Source of the DNA: an uncultured Alphaproteobacteria bacterium
GTDB lineage: Bacteria; Pseudomonadota; Alphaproteobacteria; Paracaedibacterales; JAKBAR01
Direction: 5' to 3'
NCBI GenBank assembly: GCA_937896365.1
Contig: CALBMH010000026.1
Location: 14,480-78,479 of the forward strand
Length of the DNA: 64,000 nt
The translations under genes and the position numbers were made by a program. The notes under the pieces are model-generated. The model did not search any database. It was not told the DNA's origin and was given only the letters and a program-made list of their open reading frames with translations. This document shows, in pieces, positions 28,101 to 38,893 of the stretch (position 1 is the first letter of the stretch; every line of letters begins with the position of its first letter).

Positions 28101-30011
28101 TCAGATTGTCACCTTCATGCCGCCATAGATACCTAAACCTGGACGAAGGTATCCAAGGGGGTCTTGTTGTTTTCGATAATCAAAGACGTTTTCGGCTTTC
28201 AAAAACACATCGACTTTGGGATTAATATGATATGTCAAGTGGCCGTCAAGACTCTTTGTAGGTTTACCTTTTACTAGAGTAAATTGGATTGGGTCAACAT
28301 CTAGGCATTTGCCCTTGTAGTGAAAAGAAACCCCTCCATCTATCTTTTCTGAAAGGTAATCCACGGATCCATGCCAGATGTTTTTAGGGCGCCTGGGTAA
28401 ACCTAATCCTGTCTGGCAGTCTTGGGTGTAAAGATTTGTATGAGCAAAACGGAACTTCCATACCCCACAAGCGATGTTAATTGCTGACTCGAAACCTGAA
28501 AGCTTAACACGATTAAGGTTAACATACGTCCAGACACCTGCGCTACTGTTCATGGGTGAAATAAGATGCTTGATATGGTTTTGAAAATAGAGGAGATCAA
28601 TCTTAATATGCTTCGTTAGACTCTGTACCACACTGTATTGAAGACCATGGGAGCGTTCTGGTTTGAGGGATGGATTACCATTGAAAAAAGCATTTCTGAT
28701 ATTCAGCTGGTAGAGTGTTGGAGCCTTATAAGCTGTTCCATAGTGAAGACCGAGACGTGTTTGCGTGGGTAATACGTATTCTCCTCCTATCATGGAGGTA
28801 TTAATGCTTTTAAATTGGCTATGGTGGTCAAACCGAGTGGCTAGTTTAACTGCCAGGGATTGATCATAGGGGAGTTCTTTTTCATAGGATGGGGACAATA
28901 AAAATCCCCGGCTGTAGGACGTTGCAGCAAGGTTGAGAGTTCTCTCCGTATCGATGCGATAACTTTTAAGAGATTCCTGCTGATAATCGATTTCCCCAAG
29001 GAACTTCCACTCGTCATAACTGACTTGGTGCTGCCATGTCAGCTGGTGGCGTTCACCCTTATGGCGATTGTTACCCCCAGTAAAAGGAGGAGACGCGTTC
29101 GCATCAGATCTCTTTGTGCTGAGAAGTCCAACCAGAAGTTTTTGTTCATACGTGCCTGCATTCCCCCACTGCCTATGGTTATCGAGCGTTAAGACATTTT
29201 GACAGCGTTGGGTTCGTCCTATCCAGAAGGGATTGGGCGTTTGTTGATAATAGTCATTACTTTGTGTTTGCGTTTGTGAAAACCATGTCACAGATGTCTG
29301 TTCCGTGAGATCTGCATCAAAGCGACTGTGAAGGGTACCCATCTGGGAAGGATCGGCGAGAAACTGTCGTGTATTCGTGCGTGTATAATCAGGATACACG
29401 ACAAACCCTTGAGTTTTCATGGCGCTTGCGTGAACATGATAGTAAAGTTTTTTAATTGATCCTTTAGAGGAAAGTCCTACTTTGTTGGTTCCAAAGCTAC
29501 CATGAAGTGTTGAAAATGAGGCTGATGGATCCCCTTCTCCTCTCATGATTTCTTTACTTATAACACCCGCCACTGCATCAGCACCATAGAGGCTGCTCAA
29601 AGGACCTTTGCTCACCTCAATCGTTTCATTATCAGGTGCGAGCGTTCCTCCAAGGTTAAAGGCACCATCGGGAGCAGTAGGATCTAAAACACGCATTCCG
29701 TCATTCAATACAAGCGTATGGTTAGGATTTCCACCTCGAAGAAAGATGGAGGCCGGTGACGCAAAACCTCCACTTTGTACCACAGATAGACCATTGACAG
29801 TGTTTAAAACATCAACCAAGGTACGGGGTCTCTGTTGTTCTATATCTTTTGGAGTCAGCTTATCTCTCTTAAAGGTTCGCTTTTTAATACCTTTCACTGT
29901 TACGGGGGGCAATTGGGTCGTTGCATGGCTGACCAGAAGAGAGGGTAGACCCTTGGCACTGGCAAAACTGATGTACCCAATACAAATGCAAAAGTATGCG
30001 TAGAAGCGCAT
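28101..30011 (-). CDS. btuB: TonB-dependent outer-membrane receptor, probably cobalamin (BtuB-like)
   Basis: Signal peptide. Plug-domain motifs RTLVDVLNTVNGLSVVQSGGFASPASIFLRGGNPNHTLVLNDGMRV and a long beta-barrel region. A cobalamin riboswitch precedes it. Confidence 0.82.
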   Translation of the reverse strand: MRFYAYFCICIGYISFASAKGLPSLLVSHATTQLPPVTVKGIKKRTFKRDKLTPKDIEQQRPRTLVDVLNTVNGLSVVQSGGFASPASIFLRGGNPNHTLVLNDGMRVLDPTAPDGAFNLGGTLAPDNETIEVSKGPLSSLYGADAVAGVISKEIMRGEGDPSASFSTLHGSFGTNKVGLSSKGSIKKLYYHVHASAMKTQGFVVYPDYTRTNTRQFLADPSQMGTLHSRFDADLTEQTSVTWFSQTQTQSNDYYQQTPNPFWIGRTQRCQNVLTLDNHRQWGNAGTYEQKLLVGLLSTKRSDANASPPFTGGNNRHKGERHQLTWQHQVSYDEWKFLGEIDYQQESLKSYRIDTERTLNLAATSYSRGFLLSPSYEKELPYDQSLAVKLATRFDHHSQFKSINTSMIGGEYVLPTQTRLGLHYGTAYKAPTLYQLNIRNAFFNGNPSLKPERSHGLQYSVVQSLTKHIKIDLLYFQNHIKHLISPMNSSAGVWTYVNLNRVKLSGFESAINIACGVWKFRFAHTNLYTQDCQTGLGLPRRPKNIWHGSVDYLSEKIDGGVSFHYKGKCLDVDPIQFTLVKGKPTKSLDGHLTYHINPKVDVFLKAENVFDYRKQQDPLGYLRPGLGIYGGMKVTI

Positions 30012-30129
30012 AGGCTTTCTCCTTTTGAAAGTGACAACGAACCATGCATTCCTTTATAAAGTTATGCACAGGGCGCATCACTCGCCGGGAGAGAACGTTT
30101 TCAACCATCGACCTGTGATCGAAAATAAG

Positions 30130-30305
30130 TGACACTTCTACAGGCCGGTTTCCTGGCTCGAAGCTCTAACGCACACATCCACCTTCCCAGAAAACTCCAG
30201 TGGCTTTCAGATGCTGCTCGCTCCCCACAGTTACAGGGATAGCCAAGGCTTTGCAGGGTTTTACCTAACGCACCATGTTCCCGATTAATCTCAAAAGAGA
30301 GCCCA
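30130..30305 (-). promoter_or_regulatory. Cobalamin (B12) riboswitch in the btuB leader
   Basis: Minus-strand elements in canonical order: AATCGGGAA (30278-30286), GGTGCG, CCTGTAACTGT, GCCACTGG (30197-30204), GGGAAGGT (30181-30188) and the B12 box AGCCAGGAAACCGGCC (30143-30158). Confidence 0.8.
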
Positions 30306-30452
30306 TAGTGAATCGTTTATGCAGAAATTTTTAGCTGGGGTCAATATAAAATATTTTTTTAAAATTATTATATAAAGAAAGTTTTTGTTAGAATTATATT
30401 AATAAATCTTCGCTATTTTTGAATGTGTTAACGTCAAAGTGAGTGTTTTATT

Positions 30453-31847
30453 ATGCTATTTAAAAAATTATTACTTGTGGGTGTGTTTGGAATTGCATCA
30501 TTTCTAACAATTGATCAGGCTTCTGCTTCATCTTTATCAAAAACATTAATCGATAGAACTTCAGCCCTCATTATTCCCCTCCAATCAAAAAAACTACTCG
30601 ATAACCCGAGCTTAGAACCCTTCGTTGAGTCCGGAAAAGGGACTTTTTCGCTCATGTATGATCAAGATAGTAGCGTAAAAGGTATGGGGCTTAGGAATGT
30701 TTATATCCCTCACGCTACGCCAAAACAGTCTCTTAAAGATAAGGAACTTGTGTGTAAACGCCTTATCAAAGCAAGTAATAGTAATAATGTAAAAGATCTT
30801 TTCACTGAATATCGACCGTTGTCTATCTTTGCTGCAGATGTAAGGGCTGTGAGCATTTTCAGCACCGCACGTCTTGGCTATGATGTGCTACGTCGAGATT
30901 ACATTGATATGGTTAACCTTACAGGGAACGATACTGTTGCAAAGTTTTATAATAGTTGGAAAAAAGATGTAGCCCCCCTCGATCTTTATCCAGATGATGG
31001 TGTGGACGCTAATGCCTACTACACACGCACAGCCAAGACGCGAGAAGCTCACTTTTTCCACTTTACGAGTAAGGTTGATAAAAAAAACCTGATCTATACA
31101 GGCGACTCTTCTGACATTGTAGGTCACGAGATTTGGGGACATGCTCATCTGGATGAAATGTGTCCATGGTTCTTCGATTCTGAGAGTCTTGAGCTCGGTG
31201 GATTCCATGAGGGGCACGCAGATTCAGTTGCATTGTCAGTGGGTTTAAGTATCTCTCCCAATGCAAGGCAGACCCTTCTTGCTGAAACGGGGGGCGATCT
31301 TCACAAAAAGCAGAATTTTTTATCGCGTCTGGGTGAACAATTTGGAGCAGGGTTTGGAATTGATAGCGTACGGAATCTCGACGTAGATGCCATTCTTGGC
31401 CAAGTGGAGCAAGAAGTGCACGACATAGGACGCATATGGGCCAGTGGTATTTATGACATTTTGGCAGGAGCTTATCCTATTGCTCAAAAATCCCTCATTG
31501 GAACAAAAGACGAAGCGCATATTCTTGATCTCTGTGCAACTTACTTGAGAAGGCTCGAGAATTTGGCTATTCTCAGCCAAACAAAAAAAGAACCTGGCCT
31601 TGGTGATATTGCGTCAATGATGAATCAGTTTGCGCAACAAAAAACTGCTCTTACGGGGATTAAAGAAATTGACACTCTTTCCTGGGGAGATTTCATCAAG
31701 AGTGAATTTACACGAAGAAAAATTCCAACGAATGGAGTTCAAGGAAAAATGAAGCTCTTTGATATCGCTTTTTCAAAAAAGAAAGTTGGATTGTGCGGAA
31801 CTGTTCATAATCATTTGTGTAAAACCCTTCATGAAAAGAAGTCTTAG
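30453..31847 (+). CDS. Orphan secreted zinc metalloprotease, thermolysin-like (gluzincin) motifs
   Basis: Signal peptide MLFKKLLLVGVFGIASFLTIDQASA. NAYY..(26 aa)..SSDIVGHEIWGHA (HExxH), then GGFHEGHADSVA 23 aa later. This parallels thermolysin NAFW..DVVAHELTHAV..GAINEAISDIFG. The upstream region is AT-rich. Confidence 0.6.
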   Translation: MLFKKLLLVGVFGIASFLTIDQASASSLSKTLIDRTSALIIPLQSKKLLDNPSLEPFVESGKGTFSLMYDQDSSVKGMGLRNVYIPHATPKQSLKDKELVCKRLIKASNSNNVKDLFTEYRPLSIFAADVRAVSIFSTARLGYDVLRRDYIDMVNLTGNDTVAKFYNSWKKDVAPLDLYPDDGVDANAYYTRTAKTREAHFFHFTSKVDKKNLIYTGDSSDIVGHEIWGHAHLDEMCPWFFDSESLELGGFHEGHADSVALSVGLSISPNARQTLLAETGGDLHKKQNFLSRLGEQFGAGFGIDSVRNLDVDAILGQVEQEVHDIGRIWASGIYDILAGAYPIAQKSLIGTKDEAHILDLCATYLRRLENLAILSQTKKEPGLGDIASMMNQFAQQKTALTGIKEIDTLSWGDFIKSEFTRRKIPTNGVQGKMKLFDIAFSKKKVGLCGTVHNHLCKTLHEKKS

Positions 31848-31999
31848 AAGAACAGACCCGAAGGACAGCAACGGCATTAGGGAAGGGGTCTTCATTGTCC
31901 TCTCCCCTTCTTGTGATCATACCATGCTTGTGGTGGTATTGCGTAAATGAGAAGTATCGAGATCCTTATGGCTATCTCCTAATTTACAGCTTATCCCCC

Positions 32000-32779
32000 T
32001 TATTTGATCTCCCGCCAGATTTTGCGTTTAGCAGCGTAGAAGATGGCAGTCATGATAAAGAGGTAGAGGAGCACTGAAAATCCCAAGCGTTTGCGGTCTT
32101 CCATCTCCGGCTCTGCTGCCCAGGAGAGAAACTCCACCACATCACGGGCCATTTGGTCAACAGTCGCCTTCGTTCCATCGGAATAAGTGACCTGTCCTTC
32201 CTTGAGAGGAGGAGCCATCGCAATCTGTCCCCCCGACATAAAGGGGTTATAATAACGTCCATCTCCAACGGTCACGTCCTTGGGAAGTGTTTGGCCATAG
32301 CCGGTGAGAATATTGTACACGTAATTTTCCCCATCAGGTCGAGCTTTAATGATAAGCGATTGATCCGGAGGTAAAGCACCATTATTAGCAGCTCTTGCTG
32401 CAAGATCATTGGCATAGGGGGAGGGAAGGGCATCACTGGGAAGACCGGGACGCTCAATCTCCTCACCAGCGTCATTGAGTGTTTTGAACGTGTACGTTGC
32501 AGACAGAGCCTTGATTTGAGCATCTGAAAAGCCAAGGAATTTTAATTCACGAAAACGAATTCGTTTTAAGCTGTGGCAGGTAGAACAAACTTCCTTATAC
32601 ACCTGGAATCCGCGCTGGAGAGCTGCTCTATCATAAGTGCCCCAAAGAAAATTTTTAAAGCCCGTTTTAAATCCCCAGTGAACTTTAGGGGGAGGGAGTA
32701 TTCCTGAATGATCATGAGGCTCAGCCATGGCTCCTGTTAGAGAAATGAAAACCGTGCAAAAAAGGATCTTACCTATCAT
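32000..32779 (-). CDS. petC: Cytochrome c1 of the bc1 complex
   Basis: Signal sequence, haem motif CSTCHS, and a C-terminal TM anchor [23 protein letters not shown] overlap with petB. Confidence 0.9.
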   Translation of the reverse strand: MIGKILFCTVFISLTGAMAEPHDHSGILPPPKVHWGFKTGFKNFLWGTYDRAALQRGFQVYKEVCSTCHSLKRIRFRELKFLGFSDAQIKALSATYTFKTLNDAGEEIERPGLPSDALPSPYANDLAARAANNGALPPDQSLIIKARPDGENYVYNILTGYGQTLPKDVTVGDGRYYNPFMSGGQIAMAPPLKEGQVTYSDGTKATVDQMARDVVEFLSWAAEPEMEDRKRLGFSVLLYLFIMTAIFYAAKRKIWREIK

Positions 32780-33972
32780 GGCTTTCCTCCTTCGATCACT
32801 GGGTTTGAAATACTGTGTGGGAGGGGAAGAACGGACTCAAAGCGCGACAGCACAGGTAGGACAATGATAAAATGAAAAAAATAATAAAGGGTAGCGAGTT
32901 GCCCCACAAGGAGATAGACGCCTTCGGGTGGCTTGGCACCAATCCATCCCAAGACAAGCACATCAATGATTAAGAACCAGTAAATGCATTTGAAATAAGG
33001 TCTAAAACGACCACTTTTCACCGGATGACGGTCAAGCCACGGCAGAACAACTAAAAGAAAAATCGACCCAAACATACATAAAACGCCCATGAGTTTATCA
33101 GGGATTGAGCGCAAAATCGCGTAGAACGGCAAGAAGTACCATTCGGGCACGATATGCTCTGGCGTTACCATGGGGTTAGCAGGCGTGTAATTATCAGGCT
33201 CGCCAAAGAAATTAGGAGCAAAGAACACAAAGAAAAAGAAAACGATAAAGAAGATCCCGAGACCATAAAGATCTTTGATGGTGTAATAGGGGTGGAAGGG
33301 AATTGTATCAGCCTTTGTTTTTTTCTCCACGCCCAAGGGATTGTTAGAACCGAACTGATGGAGGGCGATCAAATGCAATGCGGTGATACCTACAATGATA
33401 AAGGGAAGGAGATAGTGCAGTGCAAAAAACCGATTGAGCGTGGGGTGATCGACAGAGTAACCTCCCCACAGCCACTGCACAACACTTTCGCCGAAAGGAA
33501 ATGCTGAGAAAAGGTTTGTGATCACGGTGGCTCCCCAAAAGCTCATCTGCCCCCAAGGGAGTACATAGCCCATGAAGGCTGTTGCCATCATCACAACAAA
33601 AATGGCCACGCCAAGAATCCATAAAAGCTCCCGCGGTGATTTATATGAACCGTAATAAAGGCCACGCGCTATATGGACATAGACCACCATAAAGAACATC
33701 GATGCGCCATTCATGTGCACATAACGCATGAGCCAGCCACCGTTTACATCCCGCATAATATGCTCAACAGAATCAAAAGCTTTATCCACGTGGGGGACAT
33801 AGTGCATTGCAAGAAAGACGCCTGTAATAATCATAATTACTAAGCATATCCCTGCAAGAGAGCCAAAATTCCACATATAGTTGAGATTTTTGGGTGTTTG
33901 ATAGTCGACAAGCTCCTTACGCACAAAGCTAAAGATAGGCAGGCGATCATCAATCCATTTTATGAGGCTCAT
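32776..33972 (-). CDS. petB: Cytochrome b of the bc1 complex
   Basis: [13 protein letters not shown].., [36 protein letters not shown] and [16 protein letters not shown] 33972 is preferred over the upstream extension in the ORF track. Confidence 0.95.
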   Translation of the reverse strand: MSLIKWIDDRLPIFSFVRKELVDYQTPKNLNYMWNFGSLAGICLVIMIITGVFLAMHYVPHVDKAFDSVEHIMRDVNGGWLMRYVHMNGASMFFMVVYVHIARGLYYGSYKSPRELLWILGVAIFVVMMATAFMGYVLPWGQMSFWGATVITNLFSAFPFGESVVQWLWGGYSVDHPTLNRFFALHYLLPFIIVGITALHLIALHQFGSNNPLGVEKKTKADTIPFHPYYTIKDLYGLGIFFIVFFFFVFFAPNFFGEPDNYTPANPMVTPEHIVPEWYFLPFYAILRSIPDKLMGVLCMFGSIFLLVVLPWLDRHPVKSGRFRPYFKCIYWFLIIDVLVLGWIGAKPPEGVYLLVGQLATLYYFFHFIIVLPVLSRFESVLPLPHSISNPVIEGGKP

Positions 33973-33979
33973 AGCGTTA

Positions 33980-34519
33980 CTATCCAATCTTAATCGTCGT
34001 GTTACTATTAAGGAGTTCATATGGGGGAACCTCCAGATTCTTTGGGGCAGGGCCTTTGATAATACGGCCCGATGCGTCGTATATCGACCCATGACAAGCA
34101 CAGAGCCATCCACCGCCTTCTTGGGCATTATTCCCTAGCGCTTCACGTTTGTTGGGAATGCAACCCAAGTGTGTGCATACACCGACAACAACTAAGTATT
34201 CTTGATTTTTAGAAAACCGTTCTTTATCAGTTTGAGGATCTTTGAGTTCTATGAGGGGTGTTGCTTCCACAGCCTTAATTTCTTCAGGCTTGCGGCGTTT
34301 TATAAATACAGGCTTTCCCCGCCAAGAAGTGATTTTTTGTTGCCCGGGTTCGAGGGATTTGATGTCTACCTCAACAGAAGATAAAGCCATGACATCCTTA
34401 GCAGGATTCATCGTTTTAATCAGCGTCAGAACACCTGCTCCAACACCTACGGTACTGAAGGCTGCCGCGGATAAATACAGAAAATCTCGACGTGTTGCTT
34501 GTTTCATGAGTTGGTGCAT
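33980..34519 (-). CDS. petA: Rieske iron-sulfur subunit of the bc1 complex
   Basis: Tat-like N-terminus ATRRDFLY. Rieske boxes CTHLGCIP and CACHGSIYD. Confidence 0.95.
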   Translation of the reverse strand: MHQLMKQATRRDFLYLSAAAFSTVGVGAGVLTLIKTMNPAKDVMALSSVEVDIKSLEPGQQKITSWRGKPVFIKRRKPEEIKAVEATPLIELKDPQTDKERFSKNQEYLVVVGVCTHLGCIPNKREALGNNAQEGGGWLCACHGSIYDASGRIIKGPAPKNLEVPPYELLNSNTTIKIG

Positions 34520-34673
34520 AAAAATTTACACTTATTTTATGATAAACACCTTTTTCGAAAATACAAATTGATTTGCTCTTTAAAAGAATCTGTTTCTCTT
34601 AATAAAATTTTAGGATTCTTCTGCGAATAATAGATGCTAGAATGCGATGGTACTTCAGTTGAGTTTTTAAACG

Positions 34674-35189
34674 ATGGTTACAGTAGCAGCGTCAAGAATG
34701 TCTATTCCTGGGAACGTAGAAGATCAGTTGAGTGATCGTGGGTTCATTCTTACAAATCTCGATAAGCTTGCAAACTGGGCCCAAAGTAATTCGCTTTGGC
34801 CTATGACGTTTGGTCTTGCATGTTGTGCTGTGGAGATGATGCATACGGCAGCGAGTCGCTATGACCTGGATCGTTTTGGTTCATTTTTTCGCCCAAGCCC
34901 TCGCCAATCTGACGTCATGATCGTGGCCGGTACACTCACAAATAAAATGGCACCAGCATTGCGTAAAGTTTATGACCAAATGCCAGAGCCACGGTATGTG
35001 ATTTCCATGGGAAGCTGTGCGAATGGTGGAGGGTACTATCACTATTCGTATTCCGTCGTGCGTGGGTGTGATCGTATTGTCCCTGTGGATGTCTATGTTC
35101 CAGGGTGTCCTCCTACCGCAGAGGCCTTGCTTTATGGTATTTTACTGCTTAAGCAAAAAATTCAGCAACAAAGAGTCTTTGTCAGGTAG
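34674..35189 (+). CDS. nuoB: NADH-quinone oxidoreductase subunit B
   Basis: [27 protein letters not shown] and [11 protein letters not shown] (N2 cluster ligands). Confidence 0.95.
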   Translation: MVTVAASRMSIPGNVEDQLSDRGFILTNLDKLANWAQSNSLWPMTFGLACCAVEMMHTAASRYDLDRFGSFFRPSPRQSDVMIVAGTLTNKMAPALRKVYDQMPEPRYVISMGSCANGGGYYHYSYSVVRGCDRIVPVDVYVPGCPPTAEALLYGILLLKQKIQQQRVFVR

Positions 35190-35198
35190 CTTCCTCCT

Positions 35199-35849
35199 AT
35201 GATGACATCCCATGAGCAAGAATTTTATGTCAGAGTAACAAATCTTCTCAAGGGAGCATGTGCTTCTTGTTCTTTTACATATCACGAGTTTACGGTAACA
35301 CTTGAATCCCTCGAGCAGCTTGTGCGTGGTGTGACATTTCTACGCGACCACAATGACTGTCTATTTAACCAACTGACCGATATCACAGCCGTCGATTATC
35401 CCAGTCGCTCTAAACGGTTTGAGATGGTTTATCATTTTTTAAGCATGCATTATAACAAACGTCTGCGTATGAAAGTGGCCGTTGCGGAAGAAGAATCCGT
35501 TCCTTCGATTACCTCTATTTTCCAAGCAGCTGATTGGTATGAGCGAGAGGTATTTGACCTTTTTGGAATTACCTTTGAAGGGCATACAGACCTTCGTCGT
35601 ATTTTGACAGATTATACGTTTGACGGTCATCCCTTGCGTAAAGACTTTCCTCTTTCTGGCTACTATGAGGTGCGCTACGACACTGAAGCTGGGAAAGTCG
35701 TTTATGAACCCGTTGTATTTCCTCAAGCCTTTCGCGCGTTTAACTTTATCAGCCCATGGGAGGGCATGCTTCAAGGTGCTGTTGATGGTTATACCTTGCC
35801 GGGCGATGAAAAAGCATCCACGGGAGAAGGGATTGCACGTGACCGCTGA
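35199..35849 (+). CDS. nuoC: NADH-quinone oxidoreductase subunit C
   Basis: [58 protein letters not shown]. Confidence 0.93.
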   Translation: MMTSHEQEFYVRVTNLLKGACASCSFTYHEFTVTLESLEQLVRGVTFLRDHNDCLFNQLTDITAVDYPSRSKRFEMVYHFLSMHYNKRLRMKVAVAEEESVPSITSIFQAADWYEREVFDLFGITFEGHTDLRRILTDYTFDGHPLRKDFPLSGYYEVRYDTEAGKVVYEPVVFPQAFRAFNFISPWEGMLQGAVDGYTLPGDEKASTGEGIARDR

Positions 35850-37014
35850 GAAAAATACCTATACCCTCAATTTTGGACCGCAACATCCAGCAACGCACGG
35901 TGTACTGCGCCTTGTACTAGAACTCGATGGAGAAGTGGTAGAACGTGCAGATCCCCATATTGGCTTTCTCCATCGGGGTACAGAAAAACTCATTGAGCAT
36001 AAAACCTATCTACAAGCCCTTCCCTATTTCGATCGCTTGGATTATGTCTCACCGATGAATCAGGAGCATGCTTTTGTTCTTGCCATTGAAAAGTTGCTTC
36101 AGCTGGAAGTTCCGAGGAGAGCCCAGTATATTCGTGTTCTTTTCTCAGAGCTTACGCGCATTGCTAATCATCTTTTGAATATCACAACCTTTATTATCGA
36201 TGTTGGGGGGCTTACTCCCTTTCTATGGGCCTTTGAAGAACGTGAAAAAATCATGGCGTTTTATGAGCGTGTGTGCGGTGCACGCCTCCATGCAGCCTAT
36301 TTTCGTCCCGGCGGTGTACATCAAGATCTTCCCGAAGGGTTATTGGGAGATATCAGAGACTTTTGCGCACCTTTCCTTCACATGGTCGATGATATGGAAG
36401 CTGTTGTGACAGAGAATCGCATTTTTAAGCAACGCACAGTGGATATTGGGATTGTCAGCAAGGATCAGGCCATTGAATGGGGCTTCACGGGACCCATGCT
36501 GCGGGGGAGTGGAGTACCCTGGGATCTAAGAAAGTCTCAGCCTTATGAAGTATATGAGGAACTTGATTTTGACATTCCCATTGGTCTTCATGGAGATTGT
36601 TATGACCGTTACCTTGTGCGTGTGGCCGAGATGCGGGAATCAATTAAACTAGTCCATCAGTGCCTTGATCAGATGCCACAAGGATCCATCGCAGCAAATA
36701 ATCCAAAGGTCGTGCCGCCAAAGCGCTCTGAGATGAAATCTTCCATGGAAGCGCTTATTCACCACTTTAAACTTTATACCGAAGGTTTTCACGTTCCAGA
36801 AGGAGAGGTATACATTTGTGTAGAGGCGCCAAAGGGAGAGTTTGGTGTTTATCTTGTGGCTGATGGATCCAATAAGCCCTATCGTTGCAAAATTCGTGCA
36901 CCCGGCTTCCCCTTTCTTCAAGCCACAGAGTGGATGTCAAAGGGGCATATGATGTCAGATATGGTTGCTATTGTGGGATCAATGGATATTGTCTTTGGAG
37001 AAATTGATCGCTGA
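35839..37014 (+). CDS. nuoD: NADH-quinone oxidoreductase subunit D
   Basis: [24 protein letters not shown], and ends VFGEIDR. GTG 35839 gives a typical ~10-aa lead-in ([10 protein letters not shown]). ATG 35806 is an alternative. The track ORF start at 35620 is inside nuoC. Confidence 0.93.
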   Translation: MTAEKNTYTLNFGPQHPATHGVLRLVLELDGEVVERADPHIGFLHRGTEKLIEHKTYLQALPYFDRLDYVSPMNQEHAFVLAIEKLLQLEVPRRAQYIRVLFSELTRIANHLLNITTFIIDVGGLTPFLWAFEEREKIMAFYERVCGARLHAAYFRPGGVHQDLPEGLLGDIRDFCAPFLHMVDDMEAVVTENRIFKQRTVDIGIVSKDQAIEWGFTGPMLRGSGVPWDLRKSQPYEVYEELDFDIPIGLHGDCYDRYLVRVAEMRESIKLVHQCLDQMPQGSIAANNPKVVPPKRSEMKSSMEALIHHFKLYTEGFHVPEGEVYICVEAPKGEFGVYLVADGSNKPYRCKIRAPGFPFLQATEWMSKGHMMSDMVAIVGSMDIVFGEIDR

Positions 37015-37616
37015 TGTTTGCGTTTACAAAGAACAATCAAAAACTTGTTGAAAAGCACTTAGCGAAGTATCCTGCGGACCATAGCCAAAGTGCCCTACTG
37101 CCGGTTCTTGATATCGCACAGCGTCAAAACGGAGGATGGCTTTCTTTTGAAGCCCTTGAAGCTGTGGCGAAGGTGCTCAATGTCAGTGTTTTGAAAGTCC
37201 ACGAGGTAGCGAGTTTTTACACAATGTTTCACCTTGAACCCGTAGGGATGTATCATATCCAGATCTGCGGTACAACACCGTGCTGGCTACGTGGTGCGGA
37301 GGATTTGAGGGAGGCATGCAAAAAGCACCTCAGCATTGGACTTAAAGAAGTGACCGCGGATGGTCTTTTTAGCCTCGAAGAAGTAGAATGCCTGGGCGCC
37401 TGTGTCAATGCGCCCGTCGTTCAAATTAACGATACCTATTTCGAGGATCTTGATCACAACTCTGTTATTGAATTAATTGAAAAATGCCGGACCGAAAATC
37501 AAATTAAGAAGGGACAGACCCCTGAACCCTATTCAGCCATAGGGCGTCAGGCCTCAGCACCTCTATCGACCTCCTTCCTGCCAACAATCCAGACCTCATC
37601 TGAGGAGGATTGTTGA
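37014..37616 (+). CDS. nuoE: NADH-quinone oxidoreductase subunit E
   Basis: [2Fe-2S] ligands in [11 protein letters not shown] ... CLGACVNAP. Its ATG overlaps the nuoD stop. Confidence 0.93.
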   Translation: MFAFTKNNQKLVEKHLAKYPADHSQSALLPVLDIAQRQNGGWLSFEALEAVAKVLNVSVLKVHEVASFYTMFHLEPVGMYHIQICGTTPCWLRGAEDLREACKKHLSIGLKEVTADGLFSLEEVECLGACVNAPVVQINDTYFEDLDHNSVIELIEKCRTENQIKKGQTPEPYSAIGRQASAPLSTSFLPTIQTSSEEDC

Positions 37617-38887
37617 TGCTACGACAAAACGATCGTATTTTTACGAACCTCCACGGACAAGAGCCTCCCTTCCTTAACGTCTCTCAAAGGCGTGGGGATT
37701 GGGATATGACAAAGGATATTCTCAAAAGAGGCCGCGAGGGCATTATTGACGAGATTAAGGCTTCTGGTCTTCGTGGGCGAGGTGGTGCCGGCTTTAGCAC
37801 AGGTGTGAAATGGTCCTTTATGCCCAAAGAACACGTGAAGCCCAGTTATCTTGTGGTCAATGCCGATGAAAGCGAGCCGGGCACATGTAAAGATCGCGAT
37901 ATTTTGCGCCATGAGCCCCATAAACTCATCGAAGGCGCCCTCATCGCAGGCTTTGCTATTGGAGCACACAAGGGTTACATCTACGTCCGTGGTGAATTTT
38001 ACAACGAAGCTATCATCCTTCAAAAAGCCGTAGACGAAGCGTATGCAACAGGGCTCTTGGGAGTAAATGCTTGCAAAGCCGGTTGGGACTTTGACCTTTA
38101 TGTTCACCGAGGAGCAGGAGCCTATATTTGTGGGGAAGAGTCAGCACTTCTTGAAAGCCTTGAGGGACGCAAAGGTATGCCGCGTCTTAAACCTCCCTTC
38201 CCTGCTCAAGTAGGGCTTTATGGCTGTCCTACCACAGTTAATAATGTGGAAAGTATTGCTGTTGTCCCTACCATCCTTCGTCGCGGAGCGTCCTGGTTTG
38301 CAGGGATTGGGAAACCTAATAATACAGGAACAAAAATTTTCTGTATCTCCGGTCATGTCAATACCCCCTGTAATGTTGAGGAAGCCATGGGGATTCCCTT
38401 GCGTGAGCTTATTGATCGTCACGCGGGAGGTGTACGGGGTGGGTGGAATAACCTGAAAGCTGTTATTCCAGGGGGGTCTTCAGTACCACTTATTCCCAGG
38501 GATATTTGCGACACTGTTGATATGGATTTTGATAGTCTACGCGTTGTGGAATCAGGTCTTGGTACAGCAGGAGTCATTGTCATGGATAAAAGTACCGATC
38601 TCATCAAGGCCATCACCCGAATATCTAAGTTCTATATGCATGAAAGTTGTGGTCAGTGTACCCCCTGTCGCGAAGGGACAGGATGGATGTGGCGTATGAT
38701 GACGCGTCTCAGTGAAGGAAAAGGAAAGCAAAAAGATATCGATACACTTCTTGATGTGACTCATCAGGTTGAGGGGCACACTATTTGCGCTCTAGGCGAC
38801 GCAGCAGCTTGGCCTATTCAAGGGCTCATTAAACATTTTCGCCATGAAATTGAGGAGCGGTTGATGACAAAGAAAGGGGGAAAGTAG
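37616..38887 (+). CDS. nuoF: NADH-quinone oxidoreductase subunit F
   Basis: [32 protein letters not shown] and [15 protein letters not shown] 37616 overlaps the nuoE TGA (TGATG). Confidence 0.95.
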   Translation: MLRQNDRIFTNLHGQEPPFLNVSQRRGDWDMTKDILKRGREGIIDEIKASGLRGRGGAGFSTGVKWSFMPKEHVKPSYLVVNADESEPGTCKDRDILRHEPHKLIEGALIAGFAIGAHKGYIYVRGEFYNEAIILQKAVDEAYATGLLGVNACKAGWDFDLYVHRGAGAYICGEESALLESLEGRKGMPRLKPPFPAQVGLYGCPTTVNNVESIAVVPTILRRGASWFAGIGKPNNTGTKIFCISGHVNTPCNVEEAMGIPLRELIDRHAGGVRGGWNNLKAVIPGGSSVPLIPRDICDTVDMDFDSLRVVESGLGTAGVIVMDKSTDLIKAITRISKFYMHESCGQCTPCREGTGWMWRMMTRLSEGKGKQKDIDTLLDVTHQVEGHTICALGDAAAWPIQGLIKHFRHEIEERLMTKKGGK

Positions 38888-38893
38888 CCCATC

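Noticed and set aside
29608-30135. ORFs 29608..30003 (+) and 29884..30135 (-).
   Set aside because: The first is antisense to btuB. The second overlaps the btuB start and the riboswitch expression platform. Neither has supporting features.
34948-34962. Perfect sigma-54 promoter consensus TGGCAC-N5-TTGC (TGGCACCAGCATTGC).
   Set aside because: It lies inside nuoB, where it encodes the conserved peptide KMAPALRK. No gene start is downstream, so it is most likely a coding coincidence.
35620-35838. N-terminal 73-codon extension of the nuoD track ORF, and similar upstream extensions of petB (to 34128), hslV (from 18101), the PAP2 gene (from 26530) and cysS (from 13119).
   Set aside because: The extensions overlap the preceding gene or lack homology-like sequence. 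Conserved N-termini begin at the internal starts I chose.
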